Shown here piece by piece: positions 50,757-61,782 of a DNA stretch of 64,000 bases; the first letter of the stretch is position 1, and each line of letters begins with the position of its first letter. The notes beneath the pieces are model-generated. The model saw only the letters and a program-made list of their open reading frames with translations. It was not told where the DNA came from and made no database searches. This DNA comes from Nitrosopumilus sp. (GTDB lineage: Archaea > Thermoproteota > Nitrososphaeria > Nitrososphaerales > Nitrosopumilaceae), in assembly GCA_965205425.1 (NCBI GenBank), contig CBDBGZ010000009.1, positions 768,001 through 832,000 of the forward strand, given 5' to 3'. Position numbers and translations under genes: made by a program.

Positions 50757-51907
50757 TGTGTTTCATCTTCAACTATTTGTGATAATGATTTTAAATTAAC
50801 ATCAACACCATTAGAATTTTTTAAATAAAATGCACCTTTGATACTATTCGTAGTAACTGCATCAACACTTTCTTTGTTAATTAATGGTGTCAAACAAGTA
50901 CAACAATCCGAAAGAATTTCACATCCAGCTCGTTCAAGCTCATTTGTATATCCAATCTTTCTAGCTTGTTCCTTAATTGTTCTTGGAGTAAACACCATAC
51001 ACCTTTTTTTAAATGATCTACCTTTGAGTCTGTTAGCTAAATCAAAAATTTCCTCTAATCCTAATTGAGGACTACCAAGTGTAATGATGTCACCTTTTTC
51101 TGTTGTATTTAGTTCATCATGAATATTTTGTACTTCTTTTTCATCAAATTCTATTTTTTCACAGTCTGATTCTCCTTTACCAAACAAAAATTTTGCACAT
51201 GTTCCTGAAGTGCCCATACCTCCACACATGGCTTTACACTGACGTGTATCCATTTCTTTCAACCCTGAAATGTTAATTGAAGTATCGCCAACTTTTCCTG
51301 CAAAAAATCCAAGCATACCATATGTTAGTTCATTTGGATTGTTGACTTTCATTCTAATTGTTATATTTGGAGAGTCTTCTTTCCTTAAAGAAGAATATGG
51401 ACTTGTACCAGTAATCGCACTAGCTAAAGCACTAAATGCACTTTCTTTGTTTGTTTTAAGATTATCATATGAATTTGCATAAATTGCAGCATTACTTTCT
51501 GCAAATGCTACTTGTGTACCATTTTCAGGAATGTCAAAAATTTCATATGGTATACAAGAAAATGATGGAGTTACACCCATTGTTTCATATGATTTTTTAA
51601 TTGACAATTGTTTTAAAATAAAATTATCATCTAAATTATAATTTGATACGTTATCAATATCAAATCCCATGGGATTCAAAGTTGTTTTTACTTTAACTCT
51701 TGCATTTTTACTAATACTTGATAAAAATTCTTCACCAGCATCTCCAATTGTATTATAATTTACTCCAGAAAGATGAACCCATTTTATAGGAACTAATTTT
51801 TCAGCATTAGTTGCTTCACCTGTAGCAGACAAAATTCTGTATGCCATTTCCATGATTTCACCTTGTTCACCTTTTAGAGCAGATTCTTCTTCTTTAGTTA
51901 ACTCCAA
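50753..51907 (-). CDS. Aconitase X catalytic subunit (DUF521; phosphomevalonate dehydratase large subunit)
   Basis: MELTKEE..L.GE.G, TTLNP, SCIPY, AESNA, GSPQ, TNSIK. Confidence 0.9.
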   Translation of the reverse strand: MELTKEEESALKGEQGEIMEMAYRILSATGEATNAEKLVPIKWVHLSGVNYNTIGDAGEEFLSSISKNARVKVKTTLNPMGFDIDNVSNYNLDDNFILKQLSIKKSYETMGVTPSFSCIPYEIFDIPENGTQVAFAESNAAIYANSYDNLKTNKESAFSALASAITGTSPYSSLRKEDSPNITIRMKVNNPNELTYGMLGFFAGKVGDTSINISGLKEMDTRQCKAMCGGMGTSGTCAKFLFGKGESDCEKIEFDEKEVQNIHDELNTTEKGDIITLGSPQLGLEEIFDLANRLKGRSFKKRCMVFTPRTIKEQARKIGYTNELERAGCEILSDCCTCLTPLINKESVDAVTTNSIKGAFYLKNSNGVDVNLKSLSQIVEDETQ

Positions 51908-51961
51908 TACTATTAGTTGAAAATTACAGATATAATACTTGTACGTAGAATCTCATGTAAT

Positions 51962-52609
51962 ATGAAAAAAATTCTTGTTGGTATGACAAACACAATGAAT
52001 TCTGTAAAACCACCAAGAATGACTGCTCTAAGAGAACTTCATGAAGTGGAAACTGGTGGCCCATTTAGTATACTGATTGGGACTATTTTATCTGCTAGAA
52101 CCAAGGATGAAAGTACAACAAAAGTTTGTAAAGTTTTATTTGCAAAATACAAAAATGCAAAATCACTAGCAAATGCGAAAGTAAAAGATATTGAAAAAAT
52201 CATAAAATCTATTGGATTCTATCATGTAAAATCTAAAAGAATAATTGAAGTAGCCAAAATTATAGATTCAAAATATCATGGAATTGTGCCTGATGACTTA
52301 GAAACTTTGGTTAAACTTCCTGGAGTAGGTAGAAAAACTGCTAATTGTGTTTTAGTATATGCATTTGAAAAACCTGCAATTCCAGTCGATATTCATGTTC
52401 ATCGAATATCAAATAGATTAGGTATAGTTGAAACAAAAAATCCTGAGGAAACAGAACAAGAACTGATGAAAAAAATACCTAAAAAATTCTGGATTGATAT
52501 TAATGATACATTTGTGATGTATGGACAAAATATTTGCAAGCCAATTTCTCCAATGTGTAATGTTTGTAAAATAAAAAAAGATTGCAAGTTTTACAAATCT
52601 AAAAACTAA
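51962..52609 (+). CDS. nth: Endonuclease III
   Basis: ILSARTKD, LPGVGRKTAN, VDIHVHR, C-x6-C-x2-C-x5-C. Confidence 0.93.
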   Translation: MKKILVGMTNTMNSVKPPRMTALRELHEVETGGPFSILIGTILSARTKDESTTKVCKVLFAKYKNAKSLANAKVKDIEKIIKSIGFYHVKSKRIIEVAKIIDSKYHGIVPDDLETLVKLPGVGRKTANCVLVYAFEKPAIPVDIHVHRISNRLGIVETKNPEETEQELMKKIPKKFWIDINDTFVMYGQNICKPISPMCNVCKIKKDCKFYKSKN

Positions 52610-52970
52610 ATTGCTATTTAGTTTATGTAAAAATAAATGAAAACAAGCTAATTCATAAAAAAATTAAATTAACTTATTGGATTGTAATGGTCCATTTGAC
52701 AGCTAAACTGTCACCGTCAGTTACGGCTACACCACGATCTTATCTCACCAGACAAGTCATTACCTGAATTACATTATCCAATCATGATTTTTGTTTTAAT
52801 GATTTTATCATTAATCATATTTCAATCAAAAATCAATATAACCAAATTTTAAAAATCTAAAATATTCTGATATTATCATTTTTCAACAAACTTAGGTTAA
52901 CATTTTTTATTTGAGCACAAATTTTATTATAAATTAATATTCATTTGATTCTGGTAAGACTAACGTAGGC

Positions 52971-54125
52971 ATGGTGCATAAAAATCCCCAGATCTCAATT
53001 ATTTTACCTACCTATAATGAGTCTCAAAATATTGTAAACATACTAAAATCAATTCATGCAAATATTCCAAAAGGAATCCTTACTGAGACAATTGTTGTTG
53101 ATGATAATTCTCCTGATGGAACTGGAAAAATTGTTGAAGAATATATATCAAATTTCAAAAAAATTGCCGAAAATACAATTAATGTAATTCACCGAAAAGC
53201 AAAGAATGGTCTTTCTTCTGCAATATTAAACGGAATTCAAAGTGCAAAGGGTGAAACGATCTTTGTAATGGATTCTGATTTTTCACATCCACCACAAATT
53301 ATTCCTAAAATGATAGAAGCATTCAAGCAATATCAATGTGATCTTGTTGTTGCATCAAGATACATCACTGGTGGAAGTATACAAGGTTGGACTACTAAAA
53401 GAAAACTAATGAGTAAAGTTGCAACAATGATTGCAAAGAAAGGACTTGATGTCAAAACAAAAGATCCAATGTCTGGCTTTTTTGCTTTTAAAAAAAATAT
53501 TATAAAAGAATTAAATTTTGATGCAATAGGTTACAAAATCCTTTTAGAAATCATTGTTAAAACAAAAGGAGTTAACATAAAAGAAGTTCCTTATACTTTT
53601 GAAAACAGAAAATTAGGTTCAAGTAAATTAGATAATTCAGTAATAATAGACTATTTCAAATCTGTATGGAAATTATACAAAAATGGAAAAATAGAAACAC
53701 CTAATGAGAAACGTAACTCAATTCATTTTATCTCAAAGGCTGCAAGATTTTTCACTGTAGGCGCATCAGGATTTCTTGTAAATTATATTGTTTCAATGAT
53801 TTTTACATCTGGCTTAACTGAAATGTGGTATCTTCATGCCAATATTTTTGGAATAATAGCATCTATCTCAACTAATTTCATCTTAAATAAAATTTGGACA
53901 TTTGAAGATCGAGACTTTTCAAGAAAGAAAACATTAACTCAGTATGGAAAGTTTAGTATATTCAGTTCTTTAGGAGCATTAGTGCAACTTGGATTAGTAT
54001 TCTTGTTAGTTGATTCCTATAATGTTACATATCCACTTGCATTAATTTCAGCTATTGGTGTTGCAGCATTCAGCAATTTTATTTTGAATAAAAAATTAAC
54101 TTTTAAGGAAAAACTTTGGAATTAA
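52971..54125 (+). CDS. Polyprenol-phosphate mannosyltransferase (DPM1-like GT2) fused to a GtrA flippase domain
   Basis: PTYNE, VDDNSPDGT, MDSDFSH, SRY; C-terminal RFFTVGA...NFILNKIWTF. Confidence 0.9.
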   Translation: MVHKNPQISIILPTYNESQNIVNILKSIHANIPKGILTETIVVDDNSPDGTGKIVEEYISNFKKIAENTINVIHRKAKNGLSSAILNGIQSAKGETIFVMDSDFSHPPQIIPKMIEAFKQYQCDLVVASRYITGGSIQGWTTKRKLMSKVATMIAKKGLDVKTKDPMSGFFAFKKNIIKELNFDAIGYKILLEIIVKTKGVNIKEVPYTFENRKLGSSKLDNSVIIDYFKSVWKLYKNGKIETPNEKRNSIHFISKAARFFTVGASGFLVNYIVSMIFTSGLTEMWYLHANIFGIIASISTNFILNKIWTFEDRDFSRKKTLTQYGKFSIFSSLGALVQLGLVFLLVDSYNVTYPLALISAIGVAAFSNFILNKKLTFKEKLWN

Positions 54126-54160
54126 ATAAAATAAAAAGAACTGACTAACGTCTTTCCTAA

Positions 54161-54811
54161 CTATTCAAAGGTAGAAGTAGAGGATTGTGACGAAAGTCCA
54201 GTTGAAGATGGTACAGATGGGAATTTATCTCCTATCTGTTGCTCAGCTACTGCAGATGCTTCTTGAAGAATCTTTTCGGTTTCTTCACTTGAAACATCAG
54301 ACTCCATACTAAATGAGTCTCCTGCAAGTGAATCCATCATCAGTCCATTAAGTGTCTGAGTCATAGTATTCAATTCTGAATCAGCTTCTGGCATGAATCT
54401 TCCAAGCGATGACTTCAATCCCTTCATTGTAGACATTGCTGGTCCAATTGCTACCATAGCATCACCAAGATCATGAATAGTTGTCAGTCTTAGTTGGACT
54501 TGTTCTAATGACATTCTTGCGTTGCCGAGCATCTTTGTAACTTTACGAATTTCAGCTAATTCGTTGGACAAAACTCTACTTGTGCTAGTATCATGTTGCT
54601 GCATTGCAGTCACGACTCTCTGAAAGAGTTGCGCATCTCTTTCGTGCAGTTTACCTAACATAGAGTCCATTTTTGAGATTTGGACTTGTAGTTTGTTTAC
54701 TGCAGTTTGAATTCGTGGTTTTAATGCACCTTGAGGCTTTACTGCTTCACGGAGTTTGCCAGTTACGCTTTGGGTCTCTTGTCGAGCCCAAGATTTATCG
54801 AAGTTTGGCAT
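54161..54811 (-). CDS. cdvB: ESCRT-III/Snf7 family cell division protein (CdvB paralog)
   Basis: Snf7 coiled coil; paralog of 8495..9142. Confidence 0.9.
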   Translation of the reverse strand: MPNFDKSWARQETQSVTGKLREAVKPQGALKPRIQTAVNKLQVQISKMDSMLGKLHERDAQLFQRVVTAMQQHDTSTSRVLSNELAEIRKVTKMLGNARMSLEQVQLRLTTIHDLGDAMVAIGPAMSTMKGLKSSLGRFMPEADSELNTMTQTLNGLMMDSLAGDSFSMESDVSSEETEKILQEASAVAEQQIGDKFPSVPSSTGLSSQSSTSTFE

Positions 54812-54902
54812 GACATGGAATTTAGAAATTTAGTCTTAATCGGCGGTGTGCATTTAGATCAACTTTAGAGTAAATTTAGCTAACAAACATTACCTTTGAT
54901 TT

Positions 54903-55679
54903 TTGATATTATTTGTGGCTAAAATTGCGGTCTTTGATTCAGGATTAGGCTCATTATCAATAATTAAAGCAATTCAAAAAACTACCAAGTCAGAAATTAT
55001 CTATTTTGCAGATCAGCAGAACTATCCTTATGGAACAAAATCCCAGACTCAATTATCTAAAATCATTCAAAATTCCATCCAATTATTAGAAGAAAATTTC
55101 TCTCCTAACATTATAGTTGTAGCATCAAATACGCCTAGCCTTATGCTAAATGTAGCAACAAAGAAGATTATTGATGTTAAACCACCACTAAAAGAAGCTA
55201 AAAAGAAATCTAAAACAAAACAAATTGGAATACTCGCAACAAATAGTGCAATTAACAGCAAAGGATTAACTCAATATATAAAAGAAAATAATTTTTCAAA
55301 AAATTTTAAAATTTTTAAAATAAATGGATCGGATCTTGTTGAACTAGTAGAATCTGGAAAATTTATTTTAAATAAAAAATATTCTCAAAAAATAATTAAA
55401 AAAACTCTAGATAAATTATTATCTCAAAATAATATTGATACCATAACACTTTCTAGTACACATTTACCATTTTTGAAAATATTATTAAAAAAACAATATC
55501 CAAAAATCAATTTTATTGATCCTGCAAACATAGTTGCAGAAAAGATTATACTAAAAATTAGTAATAATCAAAATAAAAAAAACTCATTAAAAATTTTCAC
55601 AACAGGTAATACAAAAATATTTCAAAATAAATTAAATAAAATAGGAATTAAAAATAAAGTTAAATCTTTTCCTTCTTAG
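54903..55679 (+). CDS. Glutamate racemase-like protein (Asp/Glu racemase family)
   Basis: VFDSGLG, PYGTK, ILAT; the catalytic CNT and CTH motifs read SNT and STH. Confidence 0.8.
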   Translation: MILFVAKIAVFDSGLGSLSIIKAIQKTTKSEIIYFADQQNYPYGTKSQTQLSKIIQNSIQLLEENFSPNIIVVASNTPSLMLNVATKKIIDVKPPLKEAKKKSKTKQIGILATNSAINSKGLTQYIKENNFSKNFKIFKINGSDLVELVESGKFILNKKYSQKIIKKTLDKLLSQNNIDTITLSSTHLPFLKILLKKQYPKINFIDPANIVAEKIILKISNNQNKKNSLKIFTTGNTKIFQNKLNKIGIKNKVKSFPS

Positions 55680-56430
55680 CTTTTCTATATCCATGACTGA
55701 ATTTTTTATCATATAGTTTAGAATATTCATATGTTTCAGGATTTATTACATCACTAATAATTACAATTGCAGTTCTTGTAATTTTTTCTTCTTTTACTTT
55801 TTTTGCAATATCTCCCAATGTCCCTTTAATTATTTTTTGATCTTTCCAACTTGCTCTATAAACAACTGCAACTGGCGTAGATTTTTTATATCCACCTGCA
55901 ATTGCTTCTGTTACTAAGTTAGAAATTAACTGAATACTAAGATAAAAAATCAATGTTGCTTTATGTTTTGCAAGCTCAGAAATTTTTTCACGTTTTGGAA
56001 CTTTAGTTCTAGATTCAGCCCTTGTAACAATAATTGTTTGAGTAACACCAGGAAGAGTTAATTGCATTCCAAGTGCAGCTGCTGAGGCTAAAAATGCTGT
56101 AACTCCTGGAACTACAATTGATTTTATTCTTTTTTTCTCAAGATTATCAATCTGTTCTTTGATAGCTCCATAAATCGAAGGATCACCATCATGCAATCTG
56201 ACAACAAGCTTGTCTTTTTTTGCATTCTTGTATAACAAATCAAAAATTTCCTCTCGAACTAATTTAGCTGCATCATGAAGCTTTCCTTTTTTACATAATT
56301 TTAAAATTGGTTCAGGAATCAAAGATCCTGAATATACCACAACATCTGCTTTTTGAATTAATTTTTTAGCTTTTACAGTAATTAGATCAGGATCACCTGG
56401 ACCACATCCAACAAAAAATACATCAGACAC
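55660..56430 (-). CDS. cbiF: Precorrin-4/cobalt-precorrin-4 C11-methyltransferase
   Basis: VGCGPGDPDLITVK, RLHDGDPSIYG, YRASW, SKLY. Confidence 0.93.
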   Translation of the reverse strand: MSDVFFVGCGPGDPDLITVKAKKLIQKADVVVYSGSLIPEPILKLCKKGKLHDAAKLVREEIFDLLYKNAKKDKLVVRLHDGDPSIYGAIKEQIDNLEKKRIKSIVVPGVTAFLASAAALGMQLTLPGVTQTIIVTRAESRTKVPKREKISELAKHKATLIFYLSIQLISNLVTEAIAGGYKKSTPVAVVYRASWKDQKIIKGTLGDIAKKVKEEKITRTAIVIISDVINPETYEYSKLYDKKFSHGYRKAKKEKI

Positions 56431-57145
56431 GTTTTACCACCAGTATTGAAAAATATTTTGTAGTTAACGATGAATCATTTACTTCACCTAAAGTCATTTT
56501 ACGAATAATTTCATTTTCTGTACCCAAATCTTGCCCAATTGCAAAAATAGAATCATCTGGAAATCCAGATTCTTTTAACACTTCAATAACTTTATCAAAG
56601 TATCTTCCATCTTTTAGGAATATCATTGATTCAGAATGCTTTGCAATTTCTTTTACACTTGACAAATCATAACAAGATGGAATGATTGCAACTTTTTCTG
56701 CACCTTCAGCAACACTTACCCCAACTTTAGCTGCAAATGTAAACATAGATACAATTCCAGGTATTATACTAATGTTCATATCGGGATAATTTTCTTTTAG
56801 ATCCTTGTGCATATAGATCCAAGTACTATACAAAAAAGGATCACCTACGGTAAGATAAACAACATTTTTTCCAGTCAAAACAGTTTCAGCCATTATTTTT
56901 GCATTTTTTTTCCACGAGGCTTCAAGAATGTCTTTGTCTTTAGTCATTGGAAAGATTAGTTTTATAATTTCTTGATTTTTTGATTTATCAATTATTGGGG
57001 AAACTACTGCAAGGGCAATACTGGGTCTATCTTCTTTAGAAGCAGGACACATTATGATATCTGCATTCTGAATTGCGTTTACTGCCTTGACAGTTAATAG
57101 TTCAACGTCTCCTGAACCTACTCCTATTCCAATTAATCCAGGCAT
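56423..57145 (-). CDS. cbiL: Precorrin-2/cobalt-factor II C20-methyltransferase
   Basis: GIGVG.GD.ELLTVKA, FPMTKD, GDPFLYST, YFS. Confidence 0.92.
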   Translation of the reverse strand: MPGLIGIGVGSGDVELLTVKAVNAIQNADIIMCPASKEDRPSIALAVVSPIIDKSKNQEIIKLIFPMTKDKDILEASWKKNAKIMAETVLTGKNVVYLTVGDPFLYSTWIYMHKDLKENYPDMNISIIPGIVSMFTFAAKVGVSVAEGAEKVAIIPSCYDLSSVKEIAKHSESMIFLKDGRYFDKVIEVLKESGFPDDSIFAIGQDLGTENEIIRKMTLGEVNDSSLTTKYFSILVVKRV

Positions 57146-57181
57146 GAAAAGTATAATTTTCTCCCTAATTAAAAATCTAGA

Positions 57182-57772
57182 TTAGATTTTAGTAGCAGAA
57201 ATGATAGTAACAGGATTTCTTGCAAGCATCATTGTTCCTGTACTGGTTTTTCTACTTTTAGATATGGTCACTTGAGTAATATCAACAGATTCAAACTGTA
57301 ACTTATCTAATACTTGCAATACTGAATAAAGTGTTTCAATTAATATTATTCCAATTACAATTCTACCTCTAGATTTTAGTTTATTTTCAGAAAGTTCAAC
57401 AATTTCTTTAGTATCCCCACCAGTTCCTCCGATAAAAATAGTGTCTGCTTCTTCTAATTCGAGAATTTTTTCTTTGGCATTACCATGAATTACAGAAATA
57501 TTTGATACATCGAATTTCTTCATATTTTTTTTTGTTAATTCTATAGCATTTTCATCATAATCAACTGCCAATACTTTTCCAGATGATTCTATTTGTAGTG
57601 CAGCCTCAATTGAAATAGAACCACTACCACATCCAATGTCATAAACAATTTGACCTGGTTTCAATCTGGCTTTACTAATTTGAACAACTCTTACTTCTTC
57701 TTTAGTAATAGGAACTTTTTCAGCTCTTTCAAATTCTTCATCAGGAATGCCAGGTGTTTTAAATTTCCACAT
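57182..57772 (-). CDS. cbiT: Cobalt-precorrin-6B C15-methyltransferase (decarboxylating)
   Basis: GIPDEEF, PITKEEVR, DIGCGSGS, FIGG, ARNPV. Confidence 0.93.
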   Translation of the reverse strand: MWKFKTPGIPDEEFERAEKVPITKEEVRVVQISKARLKPGQIVYDIGCGSGSISIEAALQIESSGKVLAVDYDENAIELTKKNMKKFDVSNISVIHGNAKEKILELEEADTIFIGGTGGDTKEIVELSENKLKSRGRIVIGIILIETLYSVLQVLDKLQFESVDITQVTISKSRKTSTGTMMLARNPVTIISATKI

Positions 57773-57799
57773 AAACGATTACCACTTTTAATTTCTAAA

Positions 57800-58279
57800 T
57801 TAGATGTTAATTCCGTTAGAAGTGCTTCCTAAATGAGTTAGTGTATAACTTACAATCCATGAAAATAAGTATAGAGAGACATAGCTACCAATTGCTTGTG
57901 TAACAACTTTTTTTCTGTCCGATGATGGTAATTGCATTTTCATTCCTTTTGCAACTATCACTGTTGCAAAAAAGATTCCAATCATAAATCCAATTGAAGC
58001 CCATCTTCTATCTTCACCTTCTATATCCTCAAAGATGAAAGTAGCTGCAGTTCCTGCAATTATAGCTAAAGTAACACGCATCCAAAATAATTTATTTAAT
58101 TTTTTATCTTTCTCACTTTTCTCAGCAGCACTAACTGATGGTTCTCCTGAAGGAGTTTCTGGTACTGATTCAGTTTTTTCTGTTTCTGGAACTTCAGCTG
58201 GAATATCTTTTACAGATTCTTTTTTGGAATCTTTAGGATCAACTGTGGGTTCAGATTTTTTCTTTTTGAATTTTGCCAA
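57800..58279 (-). CDS. Membrane protein (3 TM)
   Basis: Low-complexity N-terminus followed by hydrophobic helices. Confidence 0.7.
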   Translation of the reverse strand: MAKFKKKKSEPTVDPKDSKKESVKDIPAEVPETEKTESVPETPSGEPSVSAAEKSEKDKKLNKLFWMRVTLAIIAGTAATFIFEDIEGEDRRWASIGFMIGIFFATVIVAKGMKMQLPSSDRKKVVTQAIGSYVSLYLFSWIVSYTLTHLGSTSNGINI

Positions 58280-58373
58280 GTAAATTTCTAGTGTGATTCG
58301 AACAAACCATGTTTAATATCTTTGGTCAAATATGGTGCATATTAAAGCAAGAGTATAATTTTAGAGAAATATC

Positions 58374-60311
58374 ATGATGGTTATGACACTGGCAGGGATT
58401 GAATTAAGATATTTGGTTGACACGATTTCCGAGCAAGTTCAAGGATACTATGTCAGCAACATTTATGGAATTACAAAAGACAGTATTCTATTCAAACTTC
58501 ATCATACAGAAAAAAGTGATCTTTTTATGATGATTTCAACATCTGGTGTTTGGTTAACTGCAGTAAAAATAGATCAATTGGAACCAAACAGATTACTCAA
58601 AAGATTACGAAGTGATCTTTTACGATTAAAATTAAAAAAAATTGAACAAATCGGCGCAGAAAGAATTGCATATTTTACTTTTGAAGGATTTGGAAAAGAA
58701 TTTGTTTTAGTCGGGGAATTCTTTGGAGATGGAAATATTTTACTTTGTAATAATGAAAAAAAAATTCTTGCATTACAACATTCAATAGATGTTAGACATA
58801 GAAAATTAAGTGTAGGATTAGAATATGTTCAGCCACCAAATAGTGGTCTAGATATTTTTAACATTAAAGAATCTGATTTTGATGCCCTAAAAACAACTGA
58901 TTTAGTTGCAGCAAAATGGTTTGGAAGAACATTAGGTTTACCAAAAAAATATGTTGAAGCAGTTTTTGGAATTGCAGGAATAGATGGTAAAAAGATTGGA
59001 AATTTGTTAACTGGAGAAGAAATTAACTTAATTTTTGAAACAGCAAAAAAAATAATTTCAGATGTAGTATCAGGAAATCATGATGCTGTGATAGTCAGAA
59101 ATGAAAAAATTGAAGTTTTACCAATTAGATTAGCAAAATTAGAAGGAGAGGTTACACCATCTAATAGTTTCATTGAAGGACTAGATACTGTATTTACTGA
59201 AAATATTATTGAAACAGGAAAATCAATACAATCAAGTGGTTCAGACAAAAAAATAAAAGAACTACAAACTCAAATTTCTGAACAAGAAAAAGCTATTGAA
59301 ACTGTTAAGGAGAGATCAAAAAATATCACAGCAGTAGCAAATTCACTTTTTGAAATGGTATCAAAAGGAATTTTTTCTATTGAAGATACTTCTGCTCAAG
59401 AAATATTGGCTACTAACAATGCAAAATTAGTTAGTGAAAAAGGAATTTCGTTAATTGTTGTTCAAGATGAAAAAATAAAGATTAACACACAATCTCCGCT
59501 TCAATCAATTGCATCAGTGTTGTTCAATGAGGCAAAAAAACAATCTGGTGCAATCTCTTCAATCCAATCAATCAAAGAGAAAACAGAGAAAAAATTAGAA
59601 AAATTTCAAAATAAAACAGAATCTGAAAAAGATCTTTTTGTAGTAACAGAAATTAGAAAAAAGAATTGGTACGAAAGATACAGATGGTTCTTTACAACTG
59701 ATGGCTATCTTACTGTAGGTGGAAGAGATGCTGCATCAAATTCAGCTGTAGTAAGAAAACATTTAGTAAAAAATGACAAAATATTTCATGGTGATATTTT
59801 TGGTTCACCATTTTTTATCTTAAAAGATGCTGAACATGCACCTGATACAAGTATGAATGAAATTGCACATGCAACTGTTTGTTTTAGTAGAGCTTGGAGA
59901 GAAGGAATGTATGGTGTAAGTGCATATTGGATTCACCCTGATCAAGTAAAAAAATCTGCACCAAGTGGGGAATTTTTACCTAAAGGATCTTTTACTATTG
60001 AAGGACAAAGAAATTTTATCAAATCTGAAACTCTTAGACTAGCTGTAGGTATCATTAAACAAGATGATGATTATGTTTTAACATGTGGTCCTCCTGAACC
60101 AATTAAAAAATATTCTACATTATATGCAATTATTGAACCACATGGTTCAGAAATGGCTGAAACAGCTAAAAAGATTAGAATTGAATTTTCTAAGTTGGAA
60201 GAACAAATTGCAAAAAATATACCTATAGATGATTTTGTACGTGCATTACCAGCTGGAAAAAGTCAAATCATCAAAGTTGAATATGGAGATGCTTCTTTAC
60301 TTCCTTTATAG
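58374..60311 (+). CDS. rqcH: Ribosome quality control factor Rqc2/RqcH (NFACT family)
   Basis: ERI, EFFGDGNILL, WYERYRWF, GGRDA..N, FHGD..GSP, GSFTIEG. Confidence 0.92.
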   Translation: MMVMTLAGIELRYLVDTISEQVQGYYVSNIYGITKDSILFKLHHTEKSDLFMMISTSGVWLTAVKIDQLEPNRLLKRLRSDLLRLKLKKIEQIGAERIAYFTFEGFGKEFVLVGEFFGDGNILLCNNEKKILALQHSIDVRHRKLSVGLEYVQPPNSGLDIFNIKESDFDALKTTDLVAAKWFGRTLGLPKKYVEAVFGIAGIDGKKIGNLLTGEEINLIFETAKKIISDVVSGNHDAVIVRNEKIEVLPIRLAKLEGEVTPSNSFIEGLDTVFTENIIETGKSIQSSGSDKKIKELQTQISEQEKAIETVKERSKNITAVANSLFEMVSKGIFSIEDTSAQEILATNNAKLVSEKGISLIVVQDEKIKINTQSPLQSIASVLFNEAKKQSGAISSIQSIKEKTEKKLEKFQNKTESEKDLFVVTEIRKKNWYERYRWFFTTDGYLTVGGRDAASNSAVVRKHLVKNDKIFHGDIFGSPFFILKDAEHAPDTSMNEIAHATVCFSRAWREGMYGVSAYWIHPDQVKKSAPSGEFLPKGSFTIEGQRNFIKSETLRLAVGIIKQDDDYVLTCGPPEPIKKYSTLYAIIEPHGSEMAETAKKIRIEFSKLEEQIAKNIPIDDFVRALPAGKSQIIKVEYGDASLLPL

Positions 60312-60985
60312 TTATTTGAAGGGTGGGCAGAAGCTCAGCCAAAGAAGAGGAGAAGATGAAAGTGGGTTCGATATGAAAGGACATATTCAAACTCCATGTG
60401 GCATACTGACTGGAAGAAGCTAGACGATGGCAGGTGGTTTCTGTGTTACCAGGATGACACATCAAGGTTTATCGTCTCTCATGGAGTGTTTGCAGAAGCT
60501 ACTACAGATAACGCACTTGTGGTATTACATGAGGCAATTGCAAAGCACGGTAGGCCTGCATCAATTCTAACTGATCATGGCTCCCAGTTTTATGCAAACC
60601 AATCAGAATACAAGAGAAAAGGAGCATCCCAGTTTGAGCAGGAACTGGTAAAATTAGAGATAAAGCATATCATGGCAAGAGTGAACCATCCTCAAACCAA
60701 TGGAAAGTTAGAAAGATTTCACGGCGAGATTCAGAGAAAGCAGAAATGGTTTGGTACCATTGATGAGCTGGTCCACTGGTACAATCACATAAAGCCACAC
60801 ATGTCACTTGACTGGGATAATCTTGAGACCCCTGTAAAGGCATATGCAAGAAAGATGCCAGAGAAAGGAACAAGAGTTATTGATGAGCAGACAGGAGAAG
60901 AATACGATGTCAAATAAGGGACGAACTGATTTTGGGATACAACAATAATTTCCGGAAAAGATACTGATTTTGGGATACAACAACA
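60312..60985 (+). mobile_element. IS481-family remnant (5'-truncated rve transposase plus right end)
   Basis: WHTD, DD.SRF, TDHGSQF, PQTNGKLERFH, YNH.KPH; tandem ACTGATTTTGGGATACAACAA at 60925 and 60963, ending in ...ACA. Confidence 0.85.
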
Positions 60986-61034
60986 TTTCAAAGAAAGAAC
61001 AATCATAAAATAATGGATATTTTTAAAAAAATCA

Positions 61035-61556
61035 TTGAGCATGCGAAAAAGAATAGATCAACTGCATTCATATGTTTATGACCTTGAAAAGATTCAAGAC
61101 GAACAAAAGAATCACTCAAAACATGTATCAAAGATTAAAGAAGATCATATAAAAAATCCAACGAATGCAACATCTGCTACATATGCCATATTAGATACAA
61201 TTGAACAAAGTAAAATGTTTTTTAAAGAGCAGATTGACATAATCAAAAAAATATCTCCACTAATGTCTGAATATTTGGATTATCTTATGGAGGAATTTGA
61301 AGCGTTTCAGTTTGATATAAATTATGAACTCCAAGACAGTACCACTACACTTCAACAAAATCATCCAGATGCAATAAAAAAAATGCAAACAGTTGATGTA
61401 TTAATTGAGGAAATTGCAGATTGTTACAATCAACTACATCATACACTAATTATATCATATGATTCCTTTGGTGGAATGCTGAATTTTATAGAAAATATTA
61501 CACCAAAAAAGACAAAACAAAAACCAACTAAACAAAGGAAGAAAAATGTCAAATGA
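61035..61556 (+). CDS. Hypothetical helical protein
   Basis: 173-aa ORF. Confidence 0.6.
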   Translation: MSMRKRIDQLHSYVYDLEKIQDEQKNHSKHVSKIKEDHIKNPTNATSATYAILDTIEQSKMFFKEQIDIIKKISPLMSEYLDYLMEEFEAFQFDINYELQDSTTTLQQNHPDAIKKMQTVDVLIEEIADCYNQLHHTLIISYDSFGGMLNFIENITPKKTKQKPTKQRKKNVK

Positions 61557-61617
61557 GGCACCAGTCATAGTCCAAAAATTATGGAATTTCTGTAATGTAC
61601 TTGAGACTTGGGCATAA
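61546..61617 (+). pseudogene. N-terminal remnant of a type I RM methyltransferase (HsdM)
   Basis: MSNEAPVIVQKLWNFCNVL resembles the HsdM N-terminus, then is truncated. Confidence 0.55.
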
Positions 61618-61782
61618 TGATTTACAAAAATAAAATCTAATTTCATTCTAAATTCTCTAACAACAAAGCATTCTTTTCACAATTCTTGGATTCTCTACTC
61701 CAATAATACAGTTGTAGTAAACTGCCAACTGATACACCAACACACAAATCAGTATAAATGATTTGACATTGTGCAATCCTTT

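Noticed and set aside
52674..52790. Short minus-strand peptide ...VAVTDGDSLAVKWTITIQ* with local hairpins
   Set aside because: Probably the C-terminal remnant of a lost gene; no start codon and too short to assign.
60925..60985. Two 21-bp direct repeats resembling a mini-CRISPR
   Set aside because: They sit at the right end of an IS481 remnant ending in ACA and fit subterminal transposase-binding repeats.
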